Shown one piece after another: positions 49,369-59,869 of a stretch of 64,000 nt of DNA; position 1 is the first letter of the stretch; every line of letters begins with the position of its first letter. The notes under the pieces were generated by a model. It ran no database searches. It was not told the DNA's origin and was given only the letters and a program-made list of their open reading frames with translations. Origin of the DNA: Candidatus Poribacteria bacterium (GTDB lineage: Bacteria; Poribacteria; WGA-4E; JAJDTR01). The position numbers and the translations under genes are program-made. The stretch spans positions 1,344,001-1,408,000 of the forward strand of contig CBDCTK010000002.1 in assembly GCA_965222225.1 (NCBI GenBank), in the 5' to 3' direction.

Positions 49369-49418
49369 AATTAGCTTCAGTTACTGGTTAAGCAACTCAG
49401 TAACCTAATTTCCTCCTT
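49369..49418 (-). promoter_or_regulatory. ftsZ leader: Shine-Dalgarno separated from ATG by a long hairpin
   Basis: AAGGAGG-A-AATTAG-GTTACTG-A-GTT-GCTT-AAC-CAGTAAC-TGAAG-CTAATT-ATG. Confidence 0.6.
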
Positions 49419-49472
49419 CACGTTAGGACACAAGCTAATAAAGAGTTTTTCATCTTGCATCGCCCATGGCAG

Positions 49473-49501
49473 ATTATAATGCACATTGCAACCTAAGTCA
49501 A
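49473..49501 (-). promoter_or_regulatory. Dedicated sigma70 promoter for ftsZ
   Basis: Minus strand TTGACT-17 nt-TATAAT. Confidence 0.75.
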
Positions 49502-49778
49502 CGATTTTTTTCGGAAATGGCGGTCTAGCTCTGGTTTTAACACGTTTTTGCTATATTCTGTAATATTCCTTAGGCTTTCCCCGTTAGATGCCTAATTTGA
49601 AAGAAGGCGTCAAAGCCATTTTCCATCATCTGAGGTTAAAACCATCCAATTTTGACCGAACTTTTCCCACGAGCCCCGCCCAAAGACGGACTTGGAATAT
49701 TCGATGAAGTACGAGGTTACACCATGCAGTCAAATCTTGAGGCCGGCGACACCGTGGCAAGTGGCAAATGTTGTAGAT

Positions 49779-51020
49779 TTAGAAATAATCTCGAAACCAA
49801 TCTTGCATGCGTTTGAGCACTTGCTCAAATAGGTTGTTCCCCTTGATAAATGTCCGTTGCGGCTTCTTATGGCGTAGCATTGCTCCATAAAGGACAAGAC
49901 CAACACCCGTTGCGTAGATTGGGCTATGAACGCGGTCCGTTAAGCCTTTTAATGGTGTAGGATAGCCGACTCGCACCGGGAAGGGAAATCTTTTTTCAGA
50001 CAGTTCAATAAGACCGTCCAACAGGGACGTTCCGCCAGTTAGCACGACGCCTCCTGGGGTAACCAGTTTGCTCCTAGAAATCTCGTTTCCAATCAGGGTC
50101 AAAACCTCTTCCATTCTGCACTGAATGATTTCGACAAGATCTCGTCTTTGATGAAAACGTGGTCGACGTGCACCGCCTACTATCGAAATTTGAATAGTAT
50201 CATTCAAATCCACCAAATCCATTGAGGCGCACCCCTTGTGGAGTTTAAGTCGGTCTGCCTCCTGTGGTGTTATTCTCAATACTTGGGCGATGTCACTCGT
50301 CACATGGTCGCCACCAGTCGAAAGCACAGCAGTATGATGGAGTGCATCCTCCTTATAGATAACAACATCTGTGGTGCCACCCCCCATATCAGCAAGTACA
50401 ACGCCTACCTCGCGTTCATCGTGGGTCAATACGGATTCAGCAGAGGCAATCGGTTCCAAGACAATGTTTTCCACTGAGAGTCCTGCTTTGAAGACGCTGT
50501 TGAGAAGATTCTGAGCCGCGGCGACAGCACCCGTGACAATATGGACATAAACCTCAAGACGAACCCCTGACATCCCGATTGGATCCTTGATGCCATCCTG
50601 ATTGTCAACAGCATAACCCTGCGGAATAATGTGTAAGACTTCACGCTCAACCGGAATCGAAACGGCTTGGGCAGCTCGAATGGCCCTGTCGACATCTGCC
50701 TGGGTGATTTCGTGTCCTTCGCCAGCTACTGCAACTACCCCAGGCGAAGTTTGACCGCTAATGTGCCCTCCGGCAATTCCGACGTAGGCAGATCCAATCT
50801 CCACACCCGCCATTAACTCTGCGGCCTCAACCGCCTGACGAATTGCGGCAGTAGTGAGATCGATGTCGACGACAACACCTTTTCGTAATCCATTAGAAGG
50901 TGCGGTTCCCACACCAATTATTTCTATCTTTTCAGGATCTCCCTGCCATGTGTTACCAATAATAACAGCAATCTTGCTAGTACCAATGTCCAATCCGACA
51001 ACAATATCCTCTCTAGGCAT
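49779..51020 (-). CDS. ftsA: Cell division protein FtsA
   Basis: GLDIGTSK, GMSGVRLE, DMGGGTTD, VLTGG, YATGVGL. Confidence 0.97.
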   Translation of the reverse strand: MPREDIVVGLDIGTSKIAVIIGNTWQGDPEKIEIIGVGTAPSNGLRKGVVVDIDLTTAAIRQAVEAAELMAGVEIGSAYVGIAGGHISGQTSPGVVAVAGEGHEITQADVDRAIRAAQAVSIPVEREVLHIIPQGYAVDNQDGIKDPIGMSGVRLEVYVHIVTGAVAAAQNLLNSVFKAGLSVENIVLEPIASAESVLTHDEREVGVVLADMGGGTTDVVIYKEDALHHTAVLSTGGDHVTSDIAQVLRITPQEADRLKLHKGCASMDLVDLNDTIQISIVGGARRPRFHQRRDLVEIIQCRMEEVLTLIGNEISRSKLVTPGGVVLTGGTSLLDGLIELSEKRFPFPVRVGYPTPLKGLTDRVHSPIYATGVGLVLYGAMLRHKKPQRTFIKGNNLFEQVLKRMQDWFRDYF

Positions 51021-52260
51021 TCATACTCCTCCTCTCCACAGATAGTGTCACTAATCCGGAGAGTCGAAAATTCTCAACCGGTCTGCATATAACATTCGTG
51101 TCACTACTGGAGAACCATTTGCTGGTTTGATATAGAAAATAGTATGCTGAATTAATCGAATCGGACGCCTTTCATTCCGTACGCACCCATGGCGTTGCTA
51201 GAAAGATGGCATCAGCAACATCATCAAATATCGCGTTCAGTCGTCGACCACAGCCCGTTCAACCTCGGTTCCTCTTGGTCAGCACAGACTCAACCTCAAC
51301 TATTGGTGCCCCTTGTACATCGGTAACGGTTGCGGCATGAATTCAGATTGGGCTTGTATATTTTAGCGCATATTTTACCCGGGCGACTATAAGAAAGCAC
51401 ACGCGATCATTGATACGGCAAATCAAACGCAAAGATTCTATTAACATCATAGTATATCAGATATTTCGCTGTGTGTACAGTAGTAATTCACTATTGTCAG
51501 AGCAAGTCTTTTTGATTTTAGAGATGTAGAAATGAGACAGCCAAATCGAAGGAGAGATTTCCTTCAAAATAATCAAATTCCCGAATTTACCCATTTCTTT
51601 TTGCACTAGTCTCTAAAAACGCCGCCAGCACGAGAGATGTTTGACAGCTCAAAATCTTTGCACCCCAAAGCCTAAGCACGAGATTAACCGAACGAATAGT
51701 GAGCGGAATTTTCTATCGTGTTTGCTATCCGCTCAGTTAATCGATTGAAATTTCTCTGCATCCTCAAATCCCTGATTTTTCGCTTTTCCGTCTTTTTATT
51801 GCAGATCTAGTTAAGAGCGACGCAGAAACGTCCCACACCCCAAAATCAGATGCGATTGTCCGTCACAATTTGTAACAGCAATCACTCTACAATATGCTAA
51901 CCGTGTATAGGCATTTCCCACGGCAGACGCGACTGGTGAATTTTTCTTACGTGTGTGATTGGAGCTTGAAGTGCAGATTGAGGGATTGACGGCTTTTCTC
52001 GGCACTTTAGAATCGGAAAGAAGCGGCACGACGGAAACTCGTGAAAGCTCTCCAACAGTACTTTGAGCTTATAAGAAATAAGATGCGGTGGCGCGTCATG
52101 ATAACAACGCTCAGCTCATACAAGACAAACGCTTTCTGGAAATAAAAGACCGAGAAGATACATACAATCAGCGTTTTACGCTTCGCAAAAGCCTATGCAT
52201 CGCGTGAGCATATTTGAGGTTTACTGCGAAGTCCGCTAATGGACAGCCCATGTTGCGTAC

Positions 52261-53664
52261 TTATTGTCTCTCGAGGCTACCTCCACACGCATCTTCGCAG
52301 TCTCCTTGAAGTCTTTTTGATAGGTCCCGACCAACTTGCCAGATGTCTCCCGCCCCGACAGTAATTACAATATCATTGGGCAGTATCTCGGATATTAGTT
52401 CGTCCACTATCCGATCCTTGTCAGGAACATAAGTTACGTGTTGATGCCCACGCGCTTTAATAGCAGTCGCCAAATTCTCACCTGTAACACCTTCAATGGG
52501 TGTCTCACCCGCGCCGTATATTGAGGTGACAATTAATACATCCGTATTGTAAAAGGATTTCGAGAATTCACCGGCAAGGTGCCTCACTCGTTGGTAGCGG
52601 TGCGGCTGGAAAACCGCAACGATGCGACGACTATAGCTTTCGCGCACAGCACTGAATACTGCTCTGAGTTTAGCGGGATTGTGCGCATAATCATCGACAA
52701 TAATGATGTCTTGGACTTCTCCGACAATCTCGAATCGGCGATGAATCCCCTGAAATGACTCTAACGCAACTCGGATATGACTGAACGGAATGTCTAACTC
52801 GATTCCAACACCTATTGCCGCAAGTGAGTTGGAGATATTATGACGCCCGGGCATCTTGAGATGTATCTCACCCAATACCTCTCCTGTGAATTGCACCTGA
52901 TACCGAGAGGTAGGGCCCTTCACTCGGATTTCCTCTGCCATCAGGTCGGCGCGAGTGTCGATGCCGTAAGTTATGTAGCGTTTCTCAACTTGGGGGAGCA
53001 GTTGTCGTATGTTTTCTTGGTCCACACATAGCACCGCAACGCCAAAAAAAGGCACTTTGTTGATGAACTCCAAAAACGTCTTGCCGATTTCCTCAATATT
53101 GTTGTAATAATCGAGGTGATCAGCATCAACTGAAGTAACAACGGCGACTGTCGGAAAAAAATTTTCAATGGATCCGTAGGCTTCATCAGCTTCAACAACC
53201 ATGACTTCGCCGTGTCCAATTCGAGCATGACTTCCGAGGCTAACCAACTTACCACCGACGACAACAGTCGGATCTAGGTCGTCCAAAACGGCGGCGATCA
53301 TAGCGGTTGTTGTGGTTTTCCCGTGTGTTCCACTGACTGCAACGCTGAATTTCATTCTCATGATTTCTGCCAGCATCTCAGCGCCACGGATAACTGGAAT
53401 CTTTCGTGCCTGAGCGGCGAGAATTTCAGGGTTCTCGGAAGGAATCGCCGGAGATACGACGACAACATCCGCATCCGGGACGTGTCGGGCTTGATGACCA
53501 TAGTAAACAGAAGCACCGAGCTCGATTAGATGTTCAGTGATTTCAGTGCGACTCATGTCTGATCCGGACACATGAAAGCCGAGACTAAGCAGGATCTCAC
53601 TAATTCCGCTTAGCCCCGCACCGCCGATTCCAACGATGTGAACGTGACGTGTCTTTCCGAACAT
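52261..53664 (-). CDS. murC: UDP-N-acetylmuramate-L-alanine ligase
   Basis: GIGGAGLSG, GTHGKTTTT, EADE, DDYAHNP, FQPHRY. Confidence 0.96.
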   Translation of the reverse strand: MFGKTRHVHIVGIGGAGLSGISEILLSLGFHVSGSDMSRTEITEHLIELGASVYYGHQARHVPDADVVVVSPAIPSENPEILAAQARKIPVIRGAEMLAEIMRMKFSVAVSGTHGKTTTTAMIAAVLDDLDPTVVVGGKLVSLGSHARIGHGEVMVVEADEAYGSIENFFPTVAVVTSVDADHLDYYNNIEEIGKTFLEFINKVPFFGVAVLCVDQENIRQLLPQVEKRYITYGIDTRADLMAEEIRVKGPTSRYQVQFTGEVLGEIHLKMPGRHNISNSLAAIGVGIELDIPFSHIRVALESFQGIHRRFEIVGEVQDIIIVDDYAHNPAKLRAVFSAVRESYSRRIVAVFQPHRYQRVRHLAGEFSKSFYNTDVLIVTSIYGAGETPIEGVTGENLATAIKARGHQHVTYVPDKDRIVDELISEILPNDIVITVGAGDIWQVGRDLSKRLQGDCEDACGGSLERQ

Positions 53665-53717
53665 AGGTTTGACCTACTATTACTAATGTGTTTTGCAATC
53701 CATGCTATTTTTCGCCT

Positions 53718-54821
53718 TTAGCCCTTTTTCGCTAAAGACAAGATTGATTTTGCAATTTCTTCGCTTGCATGCGGGTTGCCAAATTTGCGGCTAGCATCCG
53801 ACATTTGCTGTTGTTTTTTGGGATTTTCAGTAATCCTAGTGATTTGCTCGGCCAGTAGCCGTCCTGTTAAGGTTTGTTGATTTAGAACCACCCCCGCCCC
53901 GCTATCAGACACCACTTGTGCGTTTAGCTCCTGATTATTTCCTGGGGTAGAAGGCAAGGGGATAAAAATTGCGGGAAGTCCACATGCTGTAATCTCGGAG
54001 ATAGTCATCCCGCCCGCCCGACAAACCATCAAATCCGTAACGCTGTATACTTCGCCGATTAAATCAAAATAAGGCTGAACAAGGTGCTTCAATGGTGAAC
54101 CAACATAATGCTCGCGCACTTGTTGATAGTCTTTTTTTCCTGTTTGATGAATGAGTTGTAGGTGCCGATGGTAAGGTGCCAATTCGGGCAACATGTTGAT
54201 TACAGTTTGATTGATTGCATGGGCTCCTTGACTGCCACCCATAAAGAATATCGTTTTCCGGTTTGGATCGAGACCTAATCTTTCGTAGGTTGCCAAAGAA
54301 CGGGCAAACGAGGCGATCTGCGGGCGAATTGGATTTCCGGTGATTTTCACGATTTCTGCCGGAAATCCTTTAGCGGCTGAATGAAATGCTAGATAAGCGA
54401 TTTTTGCCCAACGTGCCAAGAGGCGATTCGTCAATCCTGCAGACGCATTCTGCTCCTGAATAGCAGTTGATATACCGAGCCTTGAAGCTGCAAAGAGTAC
54501 GGGCCCTGACACATATCCCCCCGTTCCAACAACAACGCTCGGTTTCAGTTTGCTAAGAAACTGCAAGGATTGAGCGAATCCGCGGCATGCCTTTCCAAGA
54601 ACCGGGAGCCATTTCCATGTTAGTCTTCTCGGAAAACCGGCTACAGAAATTGGCAAAAAACGGAAACCATGTTGGGGTATAATTGTTGACTCGAGACGAT
54701 CTGTGCCGCCGATGAAGCAAATCTTGATTTCCGGATCAAGCTTCACAATGGCTTGAGCAAGTCCGACTGCTGGATAGATGTGACCACCTGTTCCACCACC
54801 CGAAATCACAATTAGCGGCAC
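53718..54821 (-). CDS. murG: MurG glycosyltransferase
   Basis: GGGTGGHIYP, GGYVS, EQN, GNPIR, GGSQGA. Confidence 0.96.
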   Translation of the reverse strand: MPLIVISGGGTGGHIYPAVGLAQAIVKLDPEIKICFIGGTDRLESTIIPQHGFRFLPISVAGFPRRLTWKWLPVLGKACRGFAQSLQFLSKLKPSVVVGTGGYVSGPVLFAASRLGISTAIQEQNASAGLTNRLLARWAKIAYLAFHSAAKGFPAEIVKITGNPIRPQIASFARSLATYERLGLDPNRKTIFFMGGSQGAHAINQTVINMLPELAPYHRHLQLIHQTGKKDYQQVREHYVGSPLKHLVQPYFDLIGEVYSVTDLMVCRAGGMTISEITACGLPAIFIPLPSTPGNNQELNAQVVSDSGAGVVLNQQTLTGRLLAEQITRITENPKKQQQMSDASRKFGNPHASEEIAKSILSLAKKG

Positions 54822-54865
54822 GACTTCTCCTTTCGTTTACGTGCTGGCGGGTCTACTTGGGAGGG

Positions 54866-56056
54866 CTAGGAAAGTGGAGAGATGTGCCGTATTTCTATTC
54901 TCATGTTCACTTTGCGCGATATATTTAGCAGGATTCCGATGCTAACCATGCTGACTAGTAGGGACGAACCGCCATAACTAATGAAGGGTAAGGTGATACC
55001 CTTAGTGGGCAGGACGCCAGCCACGACTCCGATATTTACCAAGGCCTGCAAAGCAATCAGCGTTATAATCCCGATTGCAAGTAACCCGGCGAATCGATCC
55101 TTGACGCGCCGAGCTATGTAAATGCCACGCCAGATGAGTAGCATAAAGAGGAGGATTACAACGATACTTCCAAGGAATCCCAATTCTTCGCCGATGATGG
55201 CAAAGATAAAATCCGTGTGAGGATAAGGGAGGTAGAACAATTTATAGATGCTGTCGCCAACCCCGGACCCGAGAACACCACCAAGAGCGAGCGAATTCAG
55301 GGAAAGGGAAACTTGATAACTCCCGGAATAAGGCGACCTCAGAGATTGAATGTAATCTTGGAAGCGTTGTAATTTATAGGGGTCTAGAAGTATTGCAACG
55401 TAGAAGAGCAGGAGCGCGAAGAAGCCAAGGAAAATAATCGGCCAGATGCGCGCGCCTCCGACGAACAATAGAATGAGAACAACGCTACATAATAATACTG
55501 CGGAACCAAAGTCGGGTTGTTTAAACAAGAGGAGAAAAGCAACTGTGAGAATCAGGAGGCCGGGAAGCATTCCACCCACAAAAGTATGAATTCTATTACG
55601 CTTTTGTTGGAGAAATTGGCAAATGTAGATTATCAGACCCAGTTTTGCCACCTCTACCGGCTGGAATTGTGCCCCGCCAATTCGTAACCATCGAGAGAAC
55701 TCACCGCCCGTTACAGAACGCACGCTATAGCCGAGCGGTGAAAAAACCAGCAGCATACCAATCAGGCTGAGGATAAGTATCTTCTTGGCGTGTCGTTCGT
55801 AGTATTGGTATGGAAAGCGTGAAGCACACATCATGCCAATGAATCCCAACACGCTAGCAATCAACTGAACCTTAAGGTAACGAAAGCTGTCCTCATGATA
55901 AAGTTCGAATGCCAACATACTGCTCGAACTATAGACCATTAGGATTCCAATGGCAACTAAACACAACGTCAGAAATAGGAGAACGTGATCGATACCCTTA
56001 TCAGTCTTATTGATGGCATCAACTGGGGAATTGATCCACTGAATCCATCGTTTCAA
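54866..56056 (-). CDS. ftsW: SEDS peptidoglycan polymerase FtsW
   Basis: FQPVEVAK, QPDFGS, HTDFIFAIIGEELG, LPFISYGGSS. Confidence 0.95.
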   Translation of the reverse strand: MKRWIQWINSPVDAINKTDKGIDHVLLFLTLCLVAIGILMVYSSSSMLAFELYHEDSFRYLKVQLIASVLGFIGMMCASRFPYQYYERHAKKILILSLIGMLLVFSPLGYSVRSVTGGEFSRWLRIGGAQFQPVEVAKLGLIIYICQFLQQKRNRIHTFVGGMLPGLLILTVAFLLLFKQPDFGSAVLLCSVVLILLFVGGARIWPIIFLGFFALLLFYVAILLDPYKLQRFQDYIQSLRSPYSGSYQVSLSLNSLALGGVLGSGVGDSIYKLFYLPYPHTDFIFAIIGEELGFLGSIVVILLFMLLIWRGIYIARRVKDRFAGLLAIGIITLIALQALVNIGVVAGVLPTKGITLPFISYGGSSLLVSMVSIGILLNISRKVNMRIEIRHISPLS

Positions 56057-57470
56057 GTCTTATTACGGCCTCCCGAAAGGCACATCCACGTGCTTTATAA
56101 TCATCAAACATGTCAAAGCTAGCATTCGCCGGAGATAAAAGGATAACGTCCCCCGGGACGGCATGTGAGTATGCTACCTCAACAGCGTGCTCCATTGTCA
56201 TCGCATCCCACGTAACGACGTGAGGTTCTAGGGCGTTTCGGATTCTTCCAGTATGCTTGCCCAGCAGAATCAATGCCTTGACCTTAGACTTGACCAGGTC
56301 TATCAACGGAGTATAGTCATTTCCTTTATCATATCCTCCCATGATTAATAGGAGCGGGTCGGGTATTGATTCAATTGCGGCTCTGACCGCATCAACATTT
56401 GTAGCCTTAGAATCATTGACAATTTTCACACCGCGTACTGTGCTAACTGGTTCCAATGCGTGCTCAAGGGCATTATGTTCTTTAGGACGGAATCGACAAA
56501 TCGCAGACCTTATCTGCTCGTATGATACATCAAGAATTCGTGCCACAGCAGTCGTGGCGAGCACATTGCGGACGTTATGCCGGCCAACCATAGGAATATC
56601 TGCTATATCACAAATCCGATGATATTCACCATTCTGCCTCGTAAGTATCTCTGTTTCGCTTCCCATCACCACTAAATTTTTATCGTACATACCTGTCTTA
56701 TCGCACCCGTTCATTCTCCAATTCTCCACATTCTCCGTAAAATAGATTGGTCTTGCTGCAGTTTCGTTGGCGAAACCCATGACGACAGGATCGTCTGCAT
56801 TCAACACAATACAATCCGTGGGGGTTTGATTCGCGCAGACCTTGAGTTTTGCATCACGATAGGCCTCCATTGTTCTGTGGCGGTCAAGATGATCTCGGGT
56901 AAGATTCAGTACAATACTTAGCATTGGCCGGAATGATGTGGTTGTTTCAAGTTGGAAACTACTTGCCTCCAACACCACTATATCTTCCACGGTTAGCCTT
57001 TGGACGTTACTTGATAATGGAATCCCAATGTTACCTGAGACGCAGACGTGTCGAAATTTCCCGCTTCGTTTAAGGACCTCGGCCGTCAGGAGAGTTGTTG
57101 TTGATTTTCCCTTTGTTCCCGTAATAGCCACGATTGGAGCACGGCAGATACTTGCCGCGATCTCGAGCTCCCCTATAATCGGGATGCCCAAGGACCGTGC
57201 TGTCCTTAGAACCGGTATATTCAGTGGCACACCGGGAGAAACGGCAACAAAGTCTACACTCTCGATACACTGATTCTCATGTCCCCCAAGAAAGAAATCG
57301 ATCGCTCGACCTCTCAATTCATCAATTTCAGATTGGAGTTCATCTGCCGGTTTTGGATCCGTCACCTGCACGCTAGCGCCCAGATCATCTAGTAGTTTAG
57401 CAACAGCAACGCCGCTGCGATGAATGCCAAACACAGTGACCTTCTGTCCCTTGAAGTGCGCAGGATTCAT
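56019..57470 (-). CDS. murD: UDP-MurNAc-L-Ala-D-Glu ligase
   Basis: SPGVP, ITGTKGKSTT, SSFQLE, DHLDRH, NDSKATN. Confidence 0.96.
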   Translation of the reverse strand: MNPAHFKGQKVTVFGIHRSGVAVAKLLDDLGASVQVTDPKPADELQSEIDELRGRAIDFFLGGHENQCIESVDFVAVSPGVPLNIPVLRTARSLGIPIIGELEIAASICRAPIVAITGTKGKSTTTLLTAEVLKRSGKFRHVCVSGNIGIPLSSNVQRLTVEDIVVLEASSFQLETTTSFRPMLSIVLNLTRDHLDRHRTMEAYRDAKLKVCANQTPTDCIVLNADDPVVMGFANETAARPIYFTENVENWRMNGCDKTGMYDKNLVVMGSETEILTRQNGEYHRICDIADIPMVGRHNVRNVLATTAVARILDVSYEQIRSAICRFRPKEHNALEHALEPVSTVRGVKIVNDSKATNVDAVRAAIESIPDPLLLIMGGYDKGNDYTPLIDLVKSKVKALILLGKHTGRIRNALEPHVVTWDAMTMEHAVEVAYSHAVPGDVILLSPANASFDMFDDYKARGCAFREAVIRLETMDSVDQFPS

Positions 57471-57514
57471 GTATAATCCTCATCTCCTGACAATGATGCC
57501 ACTACAGTATCTAC

Positions 57515-58618
57515 TCATCTCAACTTGAGCGTACTCAACGCCATTAACATCAATAGTAACGCAACGATCCAAAATCGAATGACAACTTTTGACTCTTCCC
57601 AGCCACCTAACAGGAAATGGTAATGCAGCGGTGACATTCTGAAAATGCGCTTCTTATAAGTCCGAAACGACCAAACTTGAAGGATTACTGAAAGAGCTTC
57701 TGCCACGAAAATCCCACCAACAATTACAAGCAAGAATTCTTCTCTGATCAATATTGATACCGTCCCAAGCGCCGCGCCAAGGGATAGAGAACCGGTGTCA
57801 CCCATGAAAACTCGGGCAGGATGACAGTTGTACCACAAGAATCCTAAACCCGCGCCAATTAATGCGGCACAAAAGACGGTTGCTGCTTCTCCAACAACCG
57901 GTAAGTGAACGATATTCAGATATCCCGCCAGTTGTTGATGGCTAGTCAAATAACCCAGAATGCCAAACGTCGCCGCAACAAACAGTGTGCAGCCGATTGC
58001 TAAACCATCCATGCCATCCGTGAGGTTTACGGCGTTGGAGGTGCCAACAATGACTATGGTAGCAAATGGGATAAACCAAATCCCCAGATCGGGATGAAGG
58101 TCTTTGAAAAACGGAATAATGATTGACGTATGTGATGTCAAACCGTCTTTCGGAATTGGTCCCCAACGGTAAACAACACAAGCAATTGCAAATGCACCGA
58201 GTGTTTGCAGGATAATCTTGTGCCAACCGCGCAGTCCCAATGACCGTTGATTCGTAATTTTCTTGTAGTCATCCAAAAATCCGAGAGCGCCAAACCACAG
58301 CAGGCTAAAAATGAGAAGAAATATGTACGGCTGATCTAGTCGCGCCCAAAGAAAAATTGAGATTAATACTGACGAAATAATCAGTATGCCCCCCATCGTG
58401 GGCGTACCAGCCTTGGTTTGATGACTTTCGGGGATTTCGTCTCTAATTTGTTCTCCAATGCGTAGTCGTTTCAAGCGCTCAATGACCAACGGTCCAAAAA
58501 GCAAGGAGATTAACAGCGCTGTTACGGTAGCATAAATGGAGCGAAAACTGATGTAACGAAAGACATTGAACGGGGAATAGACATCAGCGAGTTGTTCAAA
58601 AAATAGGTAGTAAAACAT
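57515..58618 (-). CDS. mraY: Phospho-N-acetylmuramoyl-pentapeptide transferase
   Basis: KAGTPTMGG, GFLDDY, NAVNLTDGMDGL, FMGDTGS. True start MFYYLFF has its ATG inside the IS TSD. Confidence 0.95.
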   Translation of the reverse strand: MFYYLFFEQLADVYSPFNVFRYISFRSIYATVTALLISLLFGPLVIERLKRLRIGEQIRDEIPESHQTKAGTPTMGGILIISSVLISIFLWARLDQPYIFLLIFSLLWFGALGFLDDYKKITNQRSLGLRGWHKIILQTLGAFAIACVVYRWGPIPKDGLTSHTSIIIPFFKDLHPDLGIWFIPFATIVIVGTSNAVNLTDGMDGLAIGCTLFVAATFGILGYLTSHQQLAGYLNIVHLPVVGEAATVFCAALIGAGLGFLWYNCHPARVFMGDTGSLSLGAALGTVSILIREEFLLVIVGGIFVAEALSVILQVWSFRTYKKRIFRMSPLHYHFLLGGWEESKVVIRFWIVALLLMLMALSTLKLR

Positions 58619-58620
58619 AT

Positions 58621-59869
58621 GGGACTTAGTAGTTAACTGCTTTTTGGTCGATTTGCTTGCTTTTCTCTTCTTAATGTACAATCATTTTAGACAGTGTTCG
58701 GAATCTTGATTCACACTAAAATACATCTCTATAAGAGAGAAATGGAGGCATATCATGTTGACCAAGCGTTTGTACATGCTCGCGGGAGCATTGCGGGTTA
58801 TCTGCGGGATTTTAATTTCCAACACTATGGGATTTTCAGCACACCATGATGTTGTCGTTGACAGAATATACCGATAGCCAAACAATTCATGTGGCTCAGG
58901 TGAAGCATTCATCAAAAAATCTTATGAAAATCTCATCATCTTTTCTGCGATTATATTTCCAGCAAGACTCCATGATATACAGTGGCAGCCACTTCTTGCT
59001 GTAGTGATGATGCGTTCCGTAGAATGACCTCTTGACACAAGCCCAAAACGACTCGATGGTGTTGGTGTGAGTTACGCCGTCCTCAGAAACATATCTCTCT
59101 TGGTGATGGATAACATGTCTTTCGATATCTTCGTCCAGACTATTGTAAGAGCGAAATTCATCAGTCATAAGAATAGACTCATCGGGTGAGACATTGCTAA
59201 GGATGAATTCTCTGATATTTTCACCAGATAGAACCTTCATGAATTTAGCAACCACCCGACCGCCTCTCTCGACTACGCCGATGACGGGAGATTTATTTGT
59301 GCCTCTACCTCTCTTAGATTTTGCTCTGGGTTTGCCGCCGACATAGGTTTCGTCCGCTTCAACTATCCCTTTCAGCAATTCATCACTATCACTCATTTTC
59401 TCACGGAGGCGCATTGCCATATACCAAGCGGACTTTTGATTCATGTCCAAGTCACGAGCAAGCTGACAACTCGATATGCTTTTCTTGGCATTGGAAAGAA
59501 TTGAGATAGCCAAAAACCATTTCTGGAGAGGTATCTTGGTACCATGGAAGATGGTTCCTGCTGTAGCCGAAAAGCTAGATTCACAATCGTAGCAATTCCA
59601 ACCAGTAGTAATGTCGTTTTTGTTCTTGCGTCCAACTTTTTCACTGCCACAGTGGATACAGCAAACACCGTCCTTCCAACGTTTTTCCTCTATAAATCTG
59701 AGACAAGATTCTTGATTTGGAAACTCTTTCATAAGATTCAAAATGTCCATAGCAAACTCCTACGAGAAGAATAGTCACTATGGACATCTACGTGTGACGA
59801 AAAGATTTACGACAGGGTACCAAGTTTTATGTTTGTCGTCAGTCTAAAAGCTACAAGCTACTAATTCCG
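58621..59869 (-). mobile_element. IS1595-family insertion sequence, copy 3 (1249 bp)
   Basis: Reverse-complement copy; TSD AAACATAT at 58613-58620 and 59870-59877. Confidence 0.95.
58896..59750 (-). CDS. IS1595-family transposase
   Basis: Protein identical to copies 1 and 2. Confidence 0.95.
   Translation of the reverse strand: MDILNLMKEFPNQESCLRFIEEKRWKDGVCCIHCGSEKVGRKNKNDITTGWNCYDCESSFSATAGTIFHGTKIPLQKWFLAISILSNAKKSISSCQLARDLDMNQKSAWYMAMRLREKMSDSDELLKGIVEADETYVGGKPRAKSKRGRGTNKSPVIGVVERGGRVVAKFMKVLSGENIREFILSNVSPDESILMTDEFRSYNSLDEDIERHVIHHQERYVSEDGVTHTNTIESFWACVKRSFYGTHHHYSKKWLPLYIMESCWKYNRRKDDEIFIRFFDECFT

Noticed and set aside
51172-51447. Minus-strand frame containing TGA-T-G-C (a second possible UxxC)
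   Set aside because: It also needs readthrough of another TGA without a redox context, has no convincing SECIS and no recognisable fold; likely chance.
58619-58681. 21-aa N-terminal extension of MraY shown in the ORF track
   Set aside because: It derives almost entirely from the IS right end; the native start is the ATG at 58618.
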